Positions 37,028-49,967 of a stretch of DNA of 64,000 nucleotides are shown here, piece after piece. Origin of the DNA: Hemiscyllium ocellatum (taxonomy: Eukaryota); contig NC_083428.1 of NCBI RefSeq assembly GCF_020745735.1, positions 4,960,001-5,024,000 on the forward strand. The letters run 5' to 3'. The notes beneath the pieces are model-generated. The model made no database searches and was not told where the DNA came from. It saw nothing but the letters and a program-made list of their open reading frames with translations. Made by a program: the position numbers and the translations under genes. Numbering within the stretch: position 1 is the stretch's first letter; each line of letters starts with the position of its first letter.

Positions 37028-37174
37028 TGATTTGGAGATGCCGGTGTTGGACTGGGGTGTACCCATTCCTCCAGGTATTGTTCACAATCACCTGATGAAG
37101 GAGCGTCGCTCCGAAAGCTAGTGTGCTTCCACTTAAACCTTTTGGACTATAACCTGGTGTTGTGTGATTTTTAA
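37028..37174. mobile_element. PLE family B insertion with 5' inversion (tail in one orientation, hammerhead arm in the other)
   Basis: 12-bp TSD ccaaaattctga (37016-37027, 37175-37186); tail tgatttggagatgccggtgttggactggggtgtac; arm ..ggactataacctggtgttgtgtgatttttaac. Confidence 0.88.
37089..37123 (+). ncRNA. Minimal type I hammerhead ribozyme (PLE family B), sense to GATAD2A
   Basis: cac-CTGATGA-A-GGAGC-GTC-GCTCC-GAAA-GCTA-gtg: stem I CAC/GTG, 5-bp stem II, palindromic AGCT stem III, CTA cleavage triplet ending at 37120. Confidence 0.8.
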
Positions 37175-37799
37175 CCAAAATTCTGAAGCTGTATCTTAAC
37201 CATATTTTGAATGCAATTTGAGAATACACTTCACTGTCAACAGATATGAGGCCTTAGCAAGAGAAGAGCATTTCACCATCTCACCATTTCCCAAAAGCTT
37301 TTGTTTTATTAGAGAGAAAAGTATTTTTTCTTTGTATAAATGCTGAAAGAGTAAAGTGCCACTTCTATTTTAACAATGATGTGTTCAATGACAGTAGACA
37401 TAAATTATAGTCTTTTGAACTGCTTGTATTTTTTAACATTTTTGAGAGTCTGTTGACTAAATCTCATCATCAGTCTTTGTAGAATGTCTCAGTACAAGAT
37501 TACTTGATCAAGCCATTGAATAGCTATTTCAGAAATAGTCCCAAAAGACTATTTACAGAACTCTTCAAGCATTTTAAAACTTCAGATAAACTTCTCCAAC
37601 TTCAGAGCCAGGAAGGTGCTGTTTGGAGGGACAATATCCCAGGCTTTATTTTTTGCCGACAGAAATTTGGGGGTCTGCTAAGGTCACCCTCTAGTTATGT
37701 CTCTAGTCCACTGTATCTGTAATCAGTTTGTATTGACTGTCTAACAGAGAAAATTGCAAATATCCTTATTAAAAGCTACACTTTTTTCTTCCCATGTAG

Positions 37800-37867
37800 G
37801 GGGGCAAATTGCTACTCTGGAAACCAAGGTTGTTCATATGTGGAAATGGCTCTACAAGATTTGCCAG
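37800..37867 (+). CDS. GATAD2A: Candidate upstream cassette exon of GATAD2A (68 nt); ATG at 37846 gives MALQDLP-D-ISA in frame with the 57711 ATG
   Basis: Acceptor cttttttcttcccatgtAG (AG at 37798-37799) and perfect consensus donor CAG|GTGAGT (37868), in non-repeat sequence. ATG 37846 has a strong Kozak context (G at -3, G at +4). 22 nt here plus 11 nt of the next exon = 33 nt, in frame with no stop. Confidence 0.6.
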
Positions 37868-38382
37868 GTGAGTGGTGATACTTCGTATTTGTATCTAAAA
37901 TGTTAGCACTTAGAAGGAAGCTAAATTAATGACAGTGTTTTGAGTTGTTTTGTATCTTACAAGGGTGTAGCACCTGACTGAGTTTGGTTCTTGTGGGTTA
38001 TGATCTCACCTAGTAGTTCTTGCTGTACACTCCAAGCTAATTTCTCCAACATTCCTTTGATATCTTTGTATATGCTCTCCCCTGTGTAGGAAAGCTACCA
38101 ATGTATGCACATTACTATCAGTGTGGAGCAATGAGCCCTATATGTTACGGCCTGTTTTTCCCAGTATCTCTAATACCATACAATGTCCATTACCCATTTA
38201 GCATCCAAATATTGCTGTGTCAAATATGGGAAATCTCTTAATGGGGGATGCAACCTGTAGTGAAGCCGAACTTGTGGCATGGCCTCTTGCAACGTAAATG
38301 GCTTTAAGGACTGTGACTAAGATTAAGATGGGTTGCACAATATCTGGAGGAATGGGTGCTGACATTCATGTTACAGTAAAGT

Positions 38383-38597
38383 ACAGTTACAATAGTCTCA
38401 CCAGACAATAAGGCTCCCCTCGCATTAGATTGAGAGAACACTGATGGTGGTTTAATTTGAGGGTCACACTGCCACAGGCGAGGGAGGGATTGAGAAAGGG
38501 AGTGCTTCATAGTAACCTCAGCCAGTGCGGGAATTGTGAACCTATGCTGATGGCACTAGTCTGCATTGCTACCCTACTGTCCAGCTAACTGACCCCC
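38383..38597 (-). mobile_element. tRNA-derived SINE
   Basis: Reverse complement begins ggtcagttagctgg.. and carries a B-box-like ggttcacaattccc followed by gcactggctgaggttac. Confidence 0.6.
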
Positions 38598-39224
38598 AGT
38601 GCTTGTAAATATTATGTGGTGTAATCCAACTGTTGGTTTGTGAAATGAAAATGTTCTTTAATAGTGAATCAACCAAAACCTGCTGGTTTCAATTTGCATT
38701 TTAAAAATAGTCAACAATCTTGTGTAAATAAGTCCCTTGATTGTCATGCTGAGCAGTCTCCATCCAACTTGAAATTGTCTTCTAACAGGTTGGCATGGAG
38801 GGACCTTAGCCAATTGGTGTCTTGTCCTACTTCTCTTCAGGTATATTTTGGATCACATTGTCCTTATGGAGTTGCTCATCAGCACAGGGAGTTAAAAATG
38901 CTCTCACATGCGAGTGTTAGCAAAAGTGCAATGTTCTTGAAACAGCTAATCTTGTGTGAACTTTGACTTTGTTTGGATCAAGTATTCATTTCAAATGAAC
39001 TGAGCATACATTGGGCAATTAACTATGACTGTCATGTCAGTGGATTGTATAAGTGATTAAATGCTTGTGCAGTTATTAAGCACATAAGGACTGTCTGTTG
39101 TTTCACAAGTAAAATACGGGAAAGGGAAAGTGGCCCACTTTCTGGTACATCAGATTTTAAAACTGAATTGTTGTGCATTAGCTGGTAAGTCTTTCTTTCT
39201 GTGCCAACTTTGGTCTTGATCCTG

Positions 39225-41800
39225 CTTTATTTTTTCGTTCTTATGTGGTATGTTTGGCCAGGCCAGCATTTATTGCTCATCCTTAATTACCCTTGATGAA
39301 GTGGTGATGACCTACCTCCTTGAATTGTTGCAGTCCATATGTTGTGGGCACATTGTCTTGTGCTGTTAGGGAGAACATTCCAGAATTTTGACCCGGTGAC
39401 ACAGTGATATAGTTCTACTAAAGATAGATGTGCCTCACTGGGGCCTTCAGGTGTTCCCATGCAAGAACCCTCCATTCTAGGTGGTGGAGGTCATGAGTAA
39501 GAAAGAACTATCGCAAGAGTATTAAAGATGCCGATGGTGCAACTCTGCTGCCACTCTGTGTAGTGGTTTGCGTACTGATCAACTGGGCTGTGCAACCTGG
39601 ATATGGTCGAGGTTCTTAGGCTGCGCTTCTTCAGACAATTGCAATGTATCCATCGCCTTTGTGACTTATACCTTGTAGCAATTTTAAAGACTCTGGGGAG
39701 TCGAGAGGTGAGATAAGTGACTGAATTCCCAGCCTCTGCCATGTATCAACATAAGCCTAAAAGTTGCCTGAGTTTTGCTGCATGTGACCACAGACTGTTT
39801 GTTTCAGTAACTATTGCAAATGGTACTGAACATATGTAGTTATCAACAAAAACCCCATTTATGATGGAAGTGGCCAATAATAAAGCAGCTGAAGGTGATT
39901 GGAACTTGAACATTTCCATCAGCAACTCGGGGCTCATGTGGTGCAATGGTAGTGTCCTTACCTCTGAGCCATAAAGCCTGGGTTCATGTCCCACTTGCTC
40001 TAGAGATGTGTAATTATGTCTGAACAGGTTGATTAGAAAATATCTTTCTTGAGGAACTCCTACGTTGGAGCTAAATGGTTGGCCTGGATGACTCCAATCA
40101 GTGCCCGTTGGATTTGTCATGTTTTCTGGGGAGAGGTCATACCTGGGCAATTTTCAATATTATGTACATGCCAGCATTGCAGCTGTACCATGGCTGCAGC
40201 TGCTTCTGGAGGGCTAGTCTTCAGTTCTAAAGCTGGGAAGTGGTCAGGCCCCAAGGTCTTTGCTGCATCCAATGCTTTCACCATTTGATATCTCTCAAAA
40301 TCAAATTGGCTGAACACTTGCTTCTGAAGCGAGGGACCATAAGACTGAGGTATAAGAGCAAAATTGCACCATTCGGCCCATTGCGTCTGCTTTATCATTT
40401 GATCATGGCTATCTATTTCTCAACCCCATTCTCCTACCTTCTCCCTAGAATCCTTTAATCCCCTTATTTATCAAGAACCTATCTATCACTGTCTTAAAAA
40501 ACTCAAATCTTGGCCTCCACAGCTTCTGTGGCAACGAGTCCCACAGATTTGCCATCCTTTGGCTGAAGAAATTCCTCCTCATTTCAATTCTACAGGGTGA
40601 TCCCTTCAGTCTAAAGCTGTGCCTTTGAGTCCTAAACTCTCCCCCCCATGGCATCTTGTTTTCTATGTCCTCTGTATCCAGGCCCCTCTCTCTTCTGTCT
40701 CATTCTTCTATATTCTAATGACTATAGATCCAGAGTCCTCAACCACTCCTCATATGCCAGCCCTTCGTCGCAGGGTTCACTTTTGTGTAAAAGTCCTCTT
40801 GGCCTTTCCAATGTCAGCACATCCATCCTTGGTTATGGAGCATTAAACTGCTCAGAGTATTTTAAATGTACCCTGACCAGAGCCTTACACAGCCTCAGCA
40901 GTACATTTGCTCTTGTTTCTAGCCATCTTGAAATAAATGCTGACATTGTATTTGCCATCTTAACTGCTAACTGAATCTTCATGTCAACTTTAAGAGAATC
41001 CTGAACTAGGACCCCCTTTGTGCTTCAGATTTCCGAACCCTTTTCCCGTTGAGAAAATAATCTATGCCTCTATTCTTCCTACCAAAGTGCATAAGCTCAC
41101 AATTTATCACATTGTATTCCATCTGCTATTTCTTTGCCACTTTCTTAGCTTGTCGAAGTCCTTCTGCAACTTCCCTGCTACTTCAACACTCCCTGTCATC
41201 CCCACCAATCTTTGTGTTATCTGCAAACATATCATCAATGCCCACCTTTCCTTCGTCCACATTGTGCATGTATAATGTGAATAGTTGTGGTCCCAACATT
41301 GATATTTGTGAAACTTTACTAGCTACCTATTGCCATCCTGATGAAGTCCTTTATCTCCTCACTGTGTATTTGCCAATACTTTGCCCCTAACACCATGGGT
41401 TCTTATCTTATTTAGCAGCCTTCTGTATGGCACCTTATCCCTCCTGCTTCTGTTTGAAGGAGGTTGCCAATGCTTGCATCAGTAAACTGGCCTGTGCCAT
41501 CATTAAAGGTGGGATTGTTTATAAAGTTTCCACCTCTGGTTAGTGTTTAATTGCCCACTCATTCAGGATGTCACAGGATGGCATAATTTATCTATAGCCC
41601 ACAGTCTCAACTATTTACCACGCATGTAGGTCCTGTGTACCTTCATCAGGTTGGCACCTCATTTCTAGATTCCCTTGCATTTCTTCAGCATGCACTCATG
41701 TGCCTTGTGGAACTAGTGTTGGTTCCTTGACCTGTTGATAATGCCAGGGTCTGTACTTATAATTGAATGCAATTTTGCTGCACTTAATAGTTCACAATGC
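39225..41800 (-). mobile_element. Degenerate L2/CR1-group LINE (same family as 22712-25884) with nested short SINE (about 39929-40045) and CR1 (about 40335-41440, minus)
   Basis: Tail ggccagcatttattgctc; KALDAAKTLGPDHFPALELKT remnant; SINE gtggtgcaatggt..gggttcatgtccc; CR1 RTQRHSFRLKG..EMRRNFFSQR. Confidence 0.7.
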
Positions 41801-42157
41801 TTCCTAAGCGTGTGATTGTGAGCAGTTTATCTGTGTTTAATCAATCTAATTTCTTCAATTCAGATTAACTAATTTGCTATATGAGAGCAAACTGCTTGAG
41901 GAAATTAGGTTTTCAAAGCTGAGCTGTGCATAATAAGGCACCCTCTTGTCTGACTTGAATGGGTGACATTGTGATCAAACATTTTGTTTGATGTCCCTCC
42001 TTAATAACATGGCACTTTTTCTTTTTCAATTTTGTGCAGTTTCCTCCTCAAGTGCAAAATGGGCAATACTTAAAAGTTAATATCCTAGCTACATGGATGG
42101 ACTAAGCAAAACATGGAGCCAATTTTAAGATAATGATTGACAAATAACAATTGCTGA

Positions 42158-42347
42158 AAAATGTGTTGCTGGAAAAGCGCAGCAGGTCAGGCAGCATCCA
42201 AGGAGCAGGAGAATTGACGTTTCAGGCATAAGCCCTTCTCGTCGATTCTCCTGCTCCTTGGATGCTGTCTGACCTGCTGCACTTTTCCAGCAACACATTT
42301 TTCAGCTCTGATCTCCAGCATTTGCAGTCCTCACTTTCTCCTAGTTG
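42158..42347. mobile_element. Fold-back PLE family A element (tail on the right); hammerhead CTGANGA lost at the inversion
   Basis: 16-bp TSD aaataacaattgctga (42142-42157, 42348-42363), whose last 5 nt (gctga) are also the arm end. Confidence 0.88.
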
Positions 42348-45300
42348 AAATAACAATTGCTGACTGATCACAGGGTGTGGCTACCTCACTGTTTTAGCTA
42401 TATATAATAATTTTAGTGGAAAACATCTTGGACATAATTATTTTTACCTGAGATGTATTATCTATTTATTTTGCCTTAGTAATTTTTTATTCTTTCACAG
42501 GATTTGGACATCGCTGGCTGGGCCAGCAGTTATAGTATGTCCTTAATAGTGAACCACTGCAGTGCATGTAATGTACAACCACAGTGCTGTTAGGGAGAGC
42601 ATTCCAGGATTTTGAACCAGTGACAATGAAGGAATGGTGATCTGGTTCCATGTCAGGATGTTGTCTGGCTTAGAGGGAAACTTGCCAGTGGTTATGTTCC
42701 CAAGTATCTGCTGCCCTGTCCTCTTAACACGAGAGCTTGCAGGTTAGAAAGTACCTTTTAAAGGTGGCTGGACAGGCATTTTTAATTGTAGTATTCATTT
42801 GGCGAATCCAGTTCAGTTCATGGTCAATGGTAACCCCCAGGAAATTGAAATGGGGGTGCTGTTGAATGTCATGGGGAGATGGTTAGCTACCACTATTTAG
42901 GAACTAAAATGCACTCAATGATCAAAGCTACTTGCATCTTCTGACTTTAGTCTTTCCACTTCTCAAACAAATACATTAAAAAGTTAAAGTTCGCATGCAT
43001 ATGCCATGTGAATTAAGATCACAGCACAAGTGCTGATGGCTTTGATTATTTATTGCCTTAATGATCAGAGACACAATTATTACCAGATATTAATGGTTAA
43101 TTTACAACATAAGGGGCGATGTATTGGATAGCGCAGATTTGGAAAAGTGATGTATAAAATTCCATATTTATCCTCCGTACCCAATGTGCCATTCATCCAT
43201 TCTGACCAGGGAGGTCAAAGTCAATCTGTATTTTGTAAGGAGTGGTCCAATCATAACACAAGTCTGACTCTGTTCTCCTGAAGCCAGACTGAAGGGTGGA
43301 GTCAGCATTCTTGCTTATTGGGATGTTTAAATGTTAAGTTGTGTGGTTAAAAGGCTGACATTCCATCTTAACTTGAACTTGCTTTAGAAATGGGCAACTG
43401 AATATAGAATATTGACACAACACCACCGGCTGAACCATCTCCTCACTGTGTGTGTGTGTTTGTGAGAGAGAGAGCGCACTTGCAATATGGATTACTTTTT
43501 AATGGCCAGGAATAAGATAGTTGCCTTATTTATCTATCCTTGCTCTCTAACCCTTCTGTCTTTGAATATTTTTCCCTCCTGCTGTCCCAGTGATTGACTC
43601 AATAGAGTGCTGAACACACACCTGTACCTCCCAACGCTGATAACACCTCAAAGAGACTACCACTTTCCATTCTTAATGCATCGCCCTATCCTCAACATCA
43701 GAAATGCTGCTGAAATGCTCATCCACATCTTTATCTCTAGATTGGTTTGCCTCCATACTCTGTTGACCAAACTTGTCCTTGCACCCTTTATAAGCTTAAA
43801 ATCATCTAATATTGTTTCCTATGTCTACTCTCGTAGTAAGATGCCTTCATGCTCACTAATTAGCAGTATTTCCAAGTCAAACTGCAACACAATTTTAAAA
43901 TTCTCATCCTTCTTCAGAATCTCTTCCTGGTCGATGTTGCTCCTTATCTCCGTATTGTCCCCAACTGTACAACACTTGTACAACTGTACAACACTGTACA
44001 GCACTCTTCTGAGTCAGGTTTCTTGCACATCTCTCACTTTAATTTCTCCATCAATGACTTCTCACCTTTAGATGCCCAGGCCAAAGTTCTAGAATTTCCT
44101 CCCTAAACATTTCTATCTCTCCTATGTTCAGATGTACTTTGAAACAAATCTCTGATAAGGCTTTTGGATATTGGTCCCACTATCTCCATTGTAGGTCCCT
44201 GTCAAATTTTATTTAAGAATTATCTTGTAAGATGCCATGGGATATATTGCTGTTAAAAGCTCTACATAAATGTTGTTAGAAATTCAGGTCAGGTAAATAC
44301 CAGCTTGGATTTAGTGATGCCAGTCATTCCATTAAGCGATCAGAACTTGTTGCCTTTCTGGGAGTTTCACTACTCTACCTTGTATCTATTTGTGTGGTGA
44401 CCTAGCATATGGATGTTATTTGAACAAGTTCTCTGTCCTGTTTATTTGTTCATGTTGACTACTTTTACTTGGTATGGTGTCTTGGCTTGAATTATTAAGC
44501 TGCTTTATTCCATAGTCAGGTCAGATATACAAATCAGTAGTTTAAATATGCATAGTTTTGTCACATTAAGGCTAAAATAAAGAACATACCACATTGCCAC
44601 ATTTCAGTGGACTGCTTTGCTTGGTTTCAAACACACTTCTCTGTATTCTGATCTCATGGGGCTCTTCGGCCTCAGAGGCATTTTTCCTATAAAACCAACC
44701 TGTCTTTAACATTTTAACTCTTTGTTCCTGTCCGTAAAAGATCAAATACTCCAGCACAATAACAAAGACAAACTACTGAATTACTGATTGCTCACAATCT
44801 AAGAGGAAAGGGAATCAAAACTACCTCATTACCAAGTTAACTACGGCCTCATCAATCAACTTAAACAAATTTGTAGAATATTACACTTTCAAAGCACATG
44901 AAATCACCCAAAGTTTCTGAACTTTTACAATGTCTAAATTATGCATTGCTATAATCAAACTATTAGGGAAACACAGAACTAGAATTTCTAAGAGTTCAGT
45001 TTGTCTGAACTTAAACATTATTGGGACTGAAAGTATGTTTGCTTTGAAAGTTCAAGGCCCAAGGCCTAGTTGCAACATATCAAGGTTAAAATGAGCAACC
45101 TGGAGCTAGTAATTAAGTGGCATCATGTTTGGATTTTAGAAGTCCCTGCATTACAAGGAAAGACAGAGGGAGTTGTGAATGGTTGTACGGCTTTAATGTA
45201 CTGGAAAATTAGTTGCTGAAGAAGTGTTTTGATTTTAACACCATTGGGATACGAGGAGTTGGCAGAGTGGAAAGTCTTTTACGTAAATCCCCACGTTTGC

Positions 45301-45831
45301 TGATTAGTGCAGCAAAGAATCACCGTAACATTGAAAAGATTCACATCAAACCTTTGAGTCTAGCCCCACGTCAAATCAAATAGGGTAACAACATCCTAAC
45401 ATGCCTTTCCAGTTTAGCTTTTCAGATCTGAGTTATTGTGCCTTTTAAAACTCAATTAAATTGATTTCACTTCTGTGCCTGGGCTCAAACATTGAAGGAT
45501 TCTGTCTGATGCTACCTCTAAATTGATGGTTTACATCCCAAACAGCTGCGTGAGGTCTCTGTACATAACACAAACATTATCTTTTTAATTCTTTTGATCA
45601 CACCCTGTATGCTGAAGCCAAATGTAAGCGAAGAAATGCATCTACTCTTGAACTACTGGCCATTTATGTTCCTTAATTTCCTATTTTCCACACCAGTAGG
45701 ACTTCAGGCATCTTGCGATTCAGGGTGTGAAAATCTCCTTTATATGAGTTGTCCCAGACTGGACTTGAGAGGTGTTAACACTTCTGTTGAAACGCACTGC
45801 GTTGGTGGCTTATTTGTTCCCTTCTCCCTGA

Positions 45832-46042
45832 GTAAAAAGTGAGGTCTGCAGATGCTGGAGATCAGAGCTGAAAATGTGTTGCTGGTTAAAGCGCAGCAGG
45901 TCAGGCAGCATCCAAGGAGCAGGAAATTCGACGTTTCGGACATAAGCCCTTCATCAGGAGGGCTTATGCCTGAAACGTCGAATTTCCTGTTCCTTGGATG
46001 CTGCCTGACCTGCTGCGCTTTAACCAGCAACACATTTTCAGC
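45832..46042. mobile_element. Fold-back PLE family A element
   Basis: 14-bp TSD tccc(t/c)tctccctga (45818-45831, 46043-46056); near-perfect inverted arms of about 85 bp (mirror ORFs 45740-46033 and 45852-46085). Confidence 0.9.
45930..45957 (-). ncRNA. Minimal hammerhead ribozyme core (PLE family A)
   Basis: CTGATGA-A-GGGC-TTAT-GTCC-GAAA-CGTC (one G-U pair in stem II). Confidence 0.72.
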
Positions 46043-46104
46043 TCCCCTCTCCCTGACCCTACCTTTAGCATTTGACTACACTTGACTCACATTTTGTGTG
46101 TTGG

Positions 46105-46700
46105 AAGGTTGTTAAGAAGGCATACGGTGTGTTAGCTTTTATTGGTAGAGCGATTTAGTTTTGGAACCATGAGGTCATGCTGCATCTGTACAAAACTCTC
46201 GTGCGGCCGCACTTGGAGTATTGCGTACTATTCTGGCCACCACATTATAGGAAGGATGTGGAAGCTTTGGAAAGCGTTCAGAGGAGGTTTACTAGGATGT
46301 TGCCTAGTATGGATGAAAAGTCTTATGAGGAAGGGCTGGAGGACTTGAGGCTGTTTTTTGTTAGGAGGTTGAGAGGTGACTTAATTGAGACATCTATTCA
46401 GAGGGCTAGATAGGTTGGACAGTGAGAGTCTTTTTCCTCGGATGGCTAGCACGAGAGGACGTAGCTTTAAGTTGAAGGGTGATAGATATAAGACAGATGT
46501 TTCTTTACTCAGAGTAGTAGGGGTGTGGAGCGCACTGCCTGCAACTATAGTAGACTTTATGGACATTTACATGGTCATTGGATAGGCATATGGGCAAGAA
46601 TGGAATAATGTAGATTTGACGGGCTTCAGATTGGTCTCACAAGTTAGCACAACATCAAGGACCGAAGGGCCTGTACTGTGGTATAATCTTATTTGTTCTA
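46105..46700 (+). mobile_element. CR1 3' fragment
   Basis: MLHLYKTLVRPHLEYCVLFWPPHYRKDVEALESVQRRFTRMLP. Confidence 0.85.
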
Positions 46701-47112
46701 CATTGTCAAATGTCTAGCTAACCTGACCATTCCAAGGTGCAGTTCTATAATGAAAGCAAGGAGACCAGTCAGCAAAGGCCATCAATTACATGTGAGCACA
46801 AAGTGTATAAAATGCCTATCTGAACTCCGCTCCAGTTTTTGGTGTTGGGGTATTCAAGCCAGGGCATAATAATTTGCTTTGTCTTCTGTGAAACGTATTC
46901 ACCCAGAAAGGCATAATTTCACACAGAAGAATGACAGAGGAACTGAGTTTTAAAGTTGACTGGTTTCAAAAGGGCAACTTGGGAGACAGGGTGAATTCTG
47001 CACAATATACTGTCTGGTCTGAGGCTGGTACTTCATGGCACACATGGTTCCATGCCAAAGGAGCCTTGGTGTCACCAGGTATCTAGCTGTGTCTATATGT
47101 ATGTACTATGCT

Positions 47113-47350
47113 AAAAATCAAACAACACCAGGTTATAGTTCAGCAAAACTATAACCTGGTATTAAGTGAGGACTGTAGCTGCTCGAGATCAGAGCTGAAA
47201 ATGTGTTGCTGGAAAAGCGCAGCAGGTTAGGCAGCATCCAAGGAGCAGGAGAATCGACGTTTCGGGCGTGAGCCCTTCTTCAGGAATAGCCTAGTATTGT
47301 GTGATTTTTAACTTTGTCTACCCTAGTCCAACACTTGCATCTCCACATCA
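47113..47350. mobile_element. Short fold-back PLE family B element with a family A single arm (47164-47285) nested inside it
   Basis: aaaaatcaaacaacaccaggttatagt..actataacctggt|insert|gtgtgatttttaactttg..ctccacatca. Insert TSD ataacctggtatt / atagcctagtatt (47151-47163, 47286-47298). Confidence 0.85.
47256..47283 (-). ncRNA. Minimal hammerhead ribozyme core (PLE family A)
   Basis: CTGAAGA-A-GGGC-TCAC-GCCC-GAAA-CGTC. Confidence 0.75.
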
Positions 47351-49967
47351 TGTATGTGTCATGAGTGCGAGAGGTTAACTGTACTAAATAAGCATATTAT
47401 GCGGAGTCCTGTATTCTGCTAGAGAATGAGGAAAAGAGGAGGAAATCATGTCTGTTTTTGCAATAAGATGTTTTTAGATTTTAAAAACATCTGATATCCA
47501 TTGCTGTACACAAGTGCTGTTAATGTTATATCTTGAGCAAAAGAAATATGAAGGATTTGGTTGCTGATGTTTGTATCGAAACAGGTGCATTCTCATTTGC
47601 TCTGCATTCTCCACGCTTCTTTCTTCCGCGTCGCCATCATTGCCATCCCACCTCACCTCCGATCACCTCACCTCGTATCCTTTCTAAGGCAAACTCCAGA
47701 CTGATGTGACAGCAATTAAGTTCATTATGGTATCAGGGTCTTTTTCTTATCACCACTTGGAGAGGATGCCGTTTCCATTTCCAAAGGTTGAGTGACATCT
47801 TCAATCTTATCATGTCCCCATGACGCAGGAGTGCCAGTTGGAATGCCAGGAACTACCAATTTTTCTCCACTCATGTCTGTATATCTGCTCTCTTTTTCAC
47901 ACTTCCATTTAAAGAAAAGGCCTATATTGTGCATTAGCTACATTAGGTATATTACAATGACATCTGTACTACTTTGGTAGAAAGGAAACCCACACCCAGG
48001 GGTCAGGATTCTTTTAAAATATTATTTAAAAGTTACCAAAATAGTTTTTAATTTGTTGAGTTGAAAACGTAGTCCAAATGGGAAGGGGAAATGTGAATTG
48101 CATTATTGTGTTGAAGGAAAGAAAATAACTCCTTTGTCCAAAGAAGTAACAAACACTTTTTCAAAGATTGAAAAAAAGTTTCAACTCCAATGTGACTCAT
48201 TCACGTAGAAAGAGAATGCGGTAGTGTAGTAAATGACAAAGTGAGTAATAAACAATCAGGGGAAAGCAAAGATCTAGGGATGCTTGAAACAGTCAAAAAG
48301 TAAGAATTTAGAATGTCAGAGTGCCAGGGGGCAGGCACTGGAAGCTGCTTTGTCCGTGTCTTCATGTGAGGGGGTGGGTGTGTGTTCAGGGGGGTTAGCT
48401 AGGCCATGCATGCAGAGAATAATCTGTATATCTACGGGAGGAGTGAGCAATTTGGGCAAGTCTGCTGGATGGGTGGGATGTATGTATGCTCATTCACCAA
48501 TCCTGTGGATTATCTCAATATGTGCAGGGGTGCAAAGGGTTAACAGCACTCTGCTCTGTCTGGAGCCAGTTCGAGTCGGTTCTCTGGAAAGTGCTTTGTG
48601 TGTCACCTGGATTTGTGGGAAGAGTCATGTGTGGAGACCAAGTGATGTCATGAGATCAAGTGTGACTCAGCCATTTATCAGATGTATGCAGGTAACCAGA
48701 AAGTGACACACTGTCAATCTGCCACATCTTGCCAGATTAAATACTGGTTCTGTAAAAGATTCATGCTGATGAGTAGGTTCTGGCAGTGAAAGTCAGTGAG
48801 AAATTTAAGCTTTGAAAAATATTCAAAATCGATAATATAACTCACAATGAAAGTAGTCTTTTTAACAAGTTATAAAATTCAGTTAAAAATAATTGTAAAC
48901 CAAATTTGAAGTATTCTACCTGAGCAGCGGGCATCCCATACAAAATATTTCCTGCCCTTCTCCTTGCTATTCTGCATTCTTCAACTTTTTCAAAGTGCTG
49001 ATTTGTCAATTTCCAATGCATCAACCAGGTGTTCATTCTTCTAGAGAGTCCTGATGTGTATTAACACATTAAAGGTCATTGTCAAACCTGTCCTCAACTC
49101 CAGGAAGGTGTGTTGCTGGATAGTGGCCAGGATTGGGAAGGCGTAATTTGAAGCATATGCCTGTACCATCATAACTCTTGCATGACCTGAGACAAATTAC
49201 AAATTTCATCCAAAGTCATGTCGGAGAGTGTGGGGAAAACTTGCAAATTGCAATTATATGTAATTGTTTCTGAGCCAGAAAAGATATTGATATAACCTTT
49301 CATTGAGAAACTGTAGTTAGGTAGATGTACTGTTTCATGGTTGAAGATTTTGCCCTCATCCAGGATGCCCTCTTGCTTCCTCACTGTATGCAAGAAGGCG
49401 CTTCTCATTGAAGTATTTGGTGTCTCCATTCGTTTGAATTTGAGCTGTGTCTGTCCTTTGCTTATCTCCCAACAATGTACTCAGCTGTATACTGACAGTT
49501 TTATTAAGAAATCAAGTTGATTCTGTGTCCCATTGTGTTACTAGCCATTTTAAAAAGAAATTCAGAGATATTTCTTCCACTGACCTGCTTCATTTAGCTT
49601 GTTGGCAAAAACAGTAATGTTTTGGTTTAATGACAATGGTATGATTCCTCCTGCTTTGCTGTTGCTAATTGTCAGCATTCTCTCAAATTTTCAAATCAGC
49701 AGCAGCCAAATGGGGAATGAAGGTGTGCTGCCTTGTAAAGATCCATAAGTGATTATCAGAAAGAGGGAGTTAGTCTTGGTAGATTTGAAATTACCTTGTT
49801 CCAAGACTAATAGCTGGGCAAAAAACTATCTAGAGCTTGATTCCTTTCTGACATACAAGTTAGACCTCAGGAAGAAAAGATGTTTATGTGAGGACTTCAC
49901 TCCTACTTCATCTCATCCAACATACATATCTTCCCATTTCTTTCCCTTAAAGATGTCTTCACTATTC

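Noticed and set aside
18731-45831. Target-site preference: several PLE TSDs end in CTGA (18742, 37027, 42157, 45831)
   Set aside because: The other nine TSDs do not, and some overlap element ends; sample too small.
48840-49470. Possible decayed hAT transposase on the minus strand (SYDGTG resembling Q.YDGA..M)
   Set aside because: A single weak motif with no TIRs found; needs tBLASTx to support.
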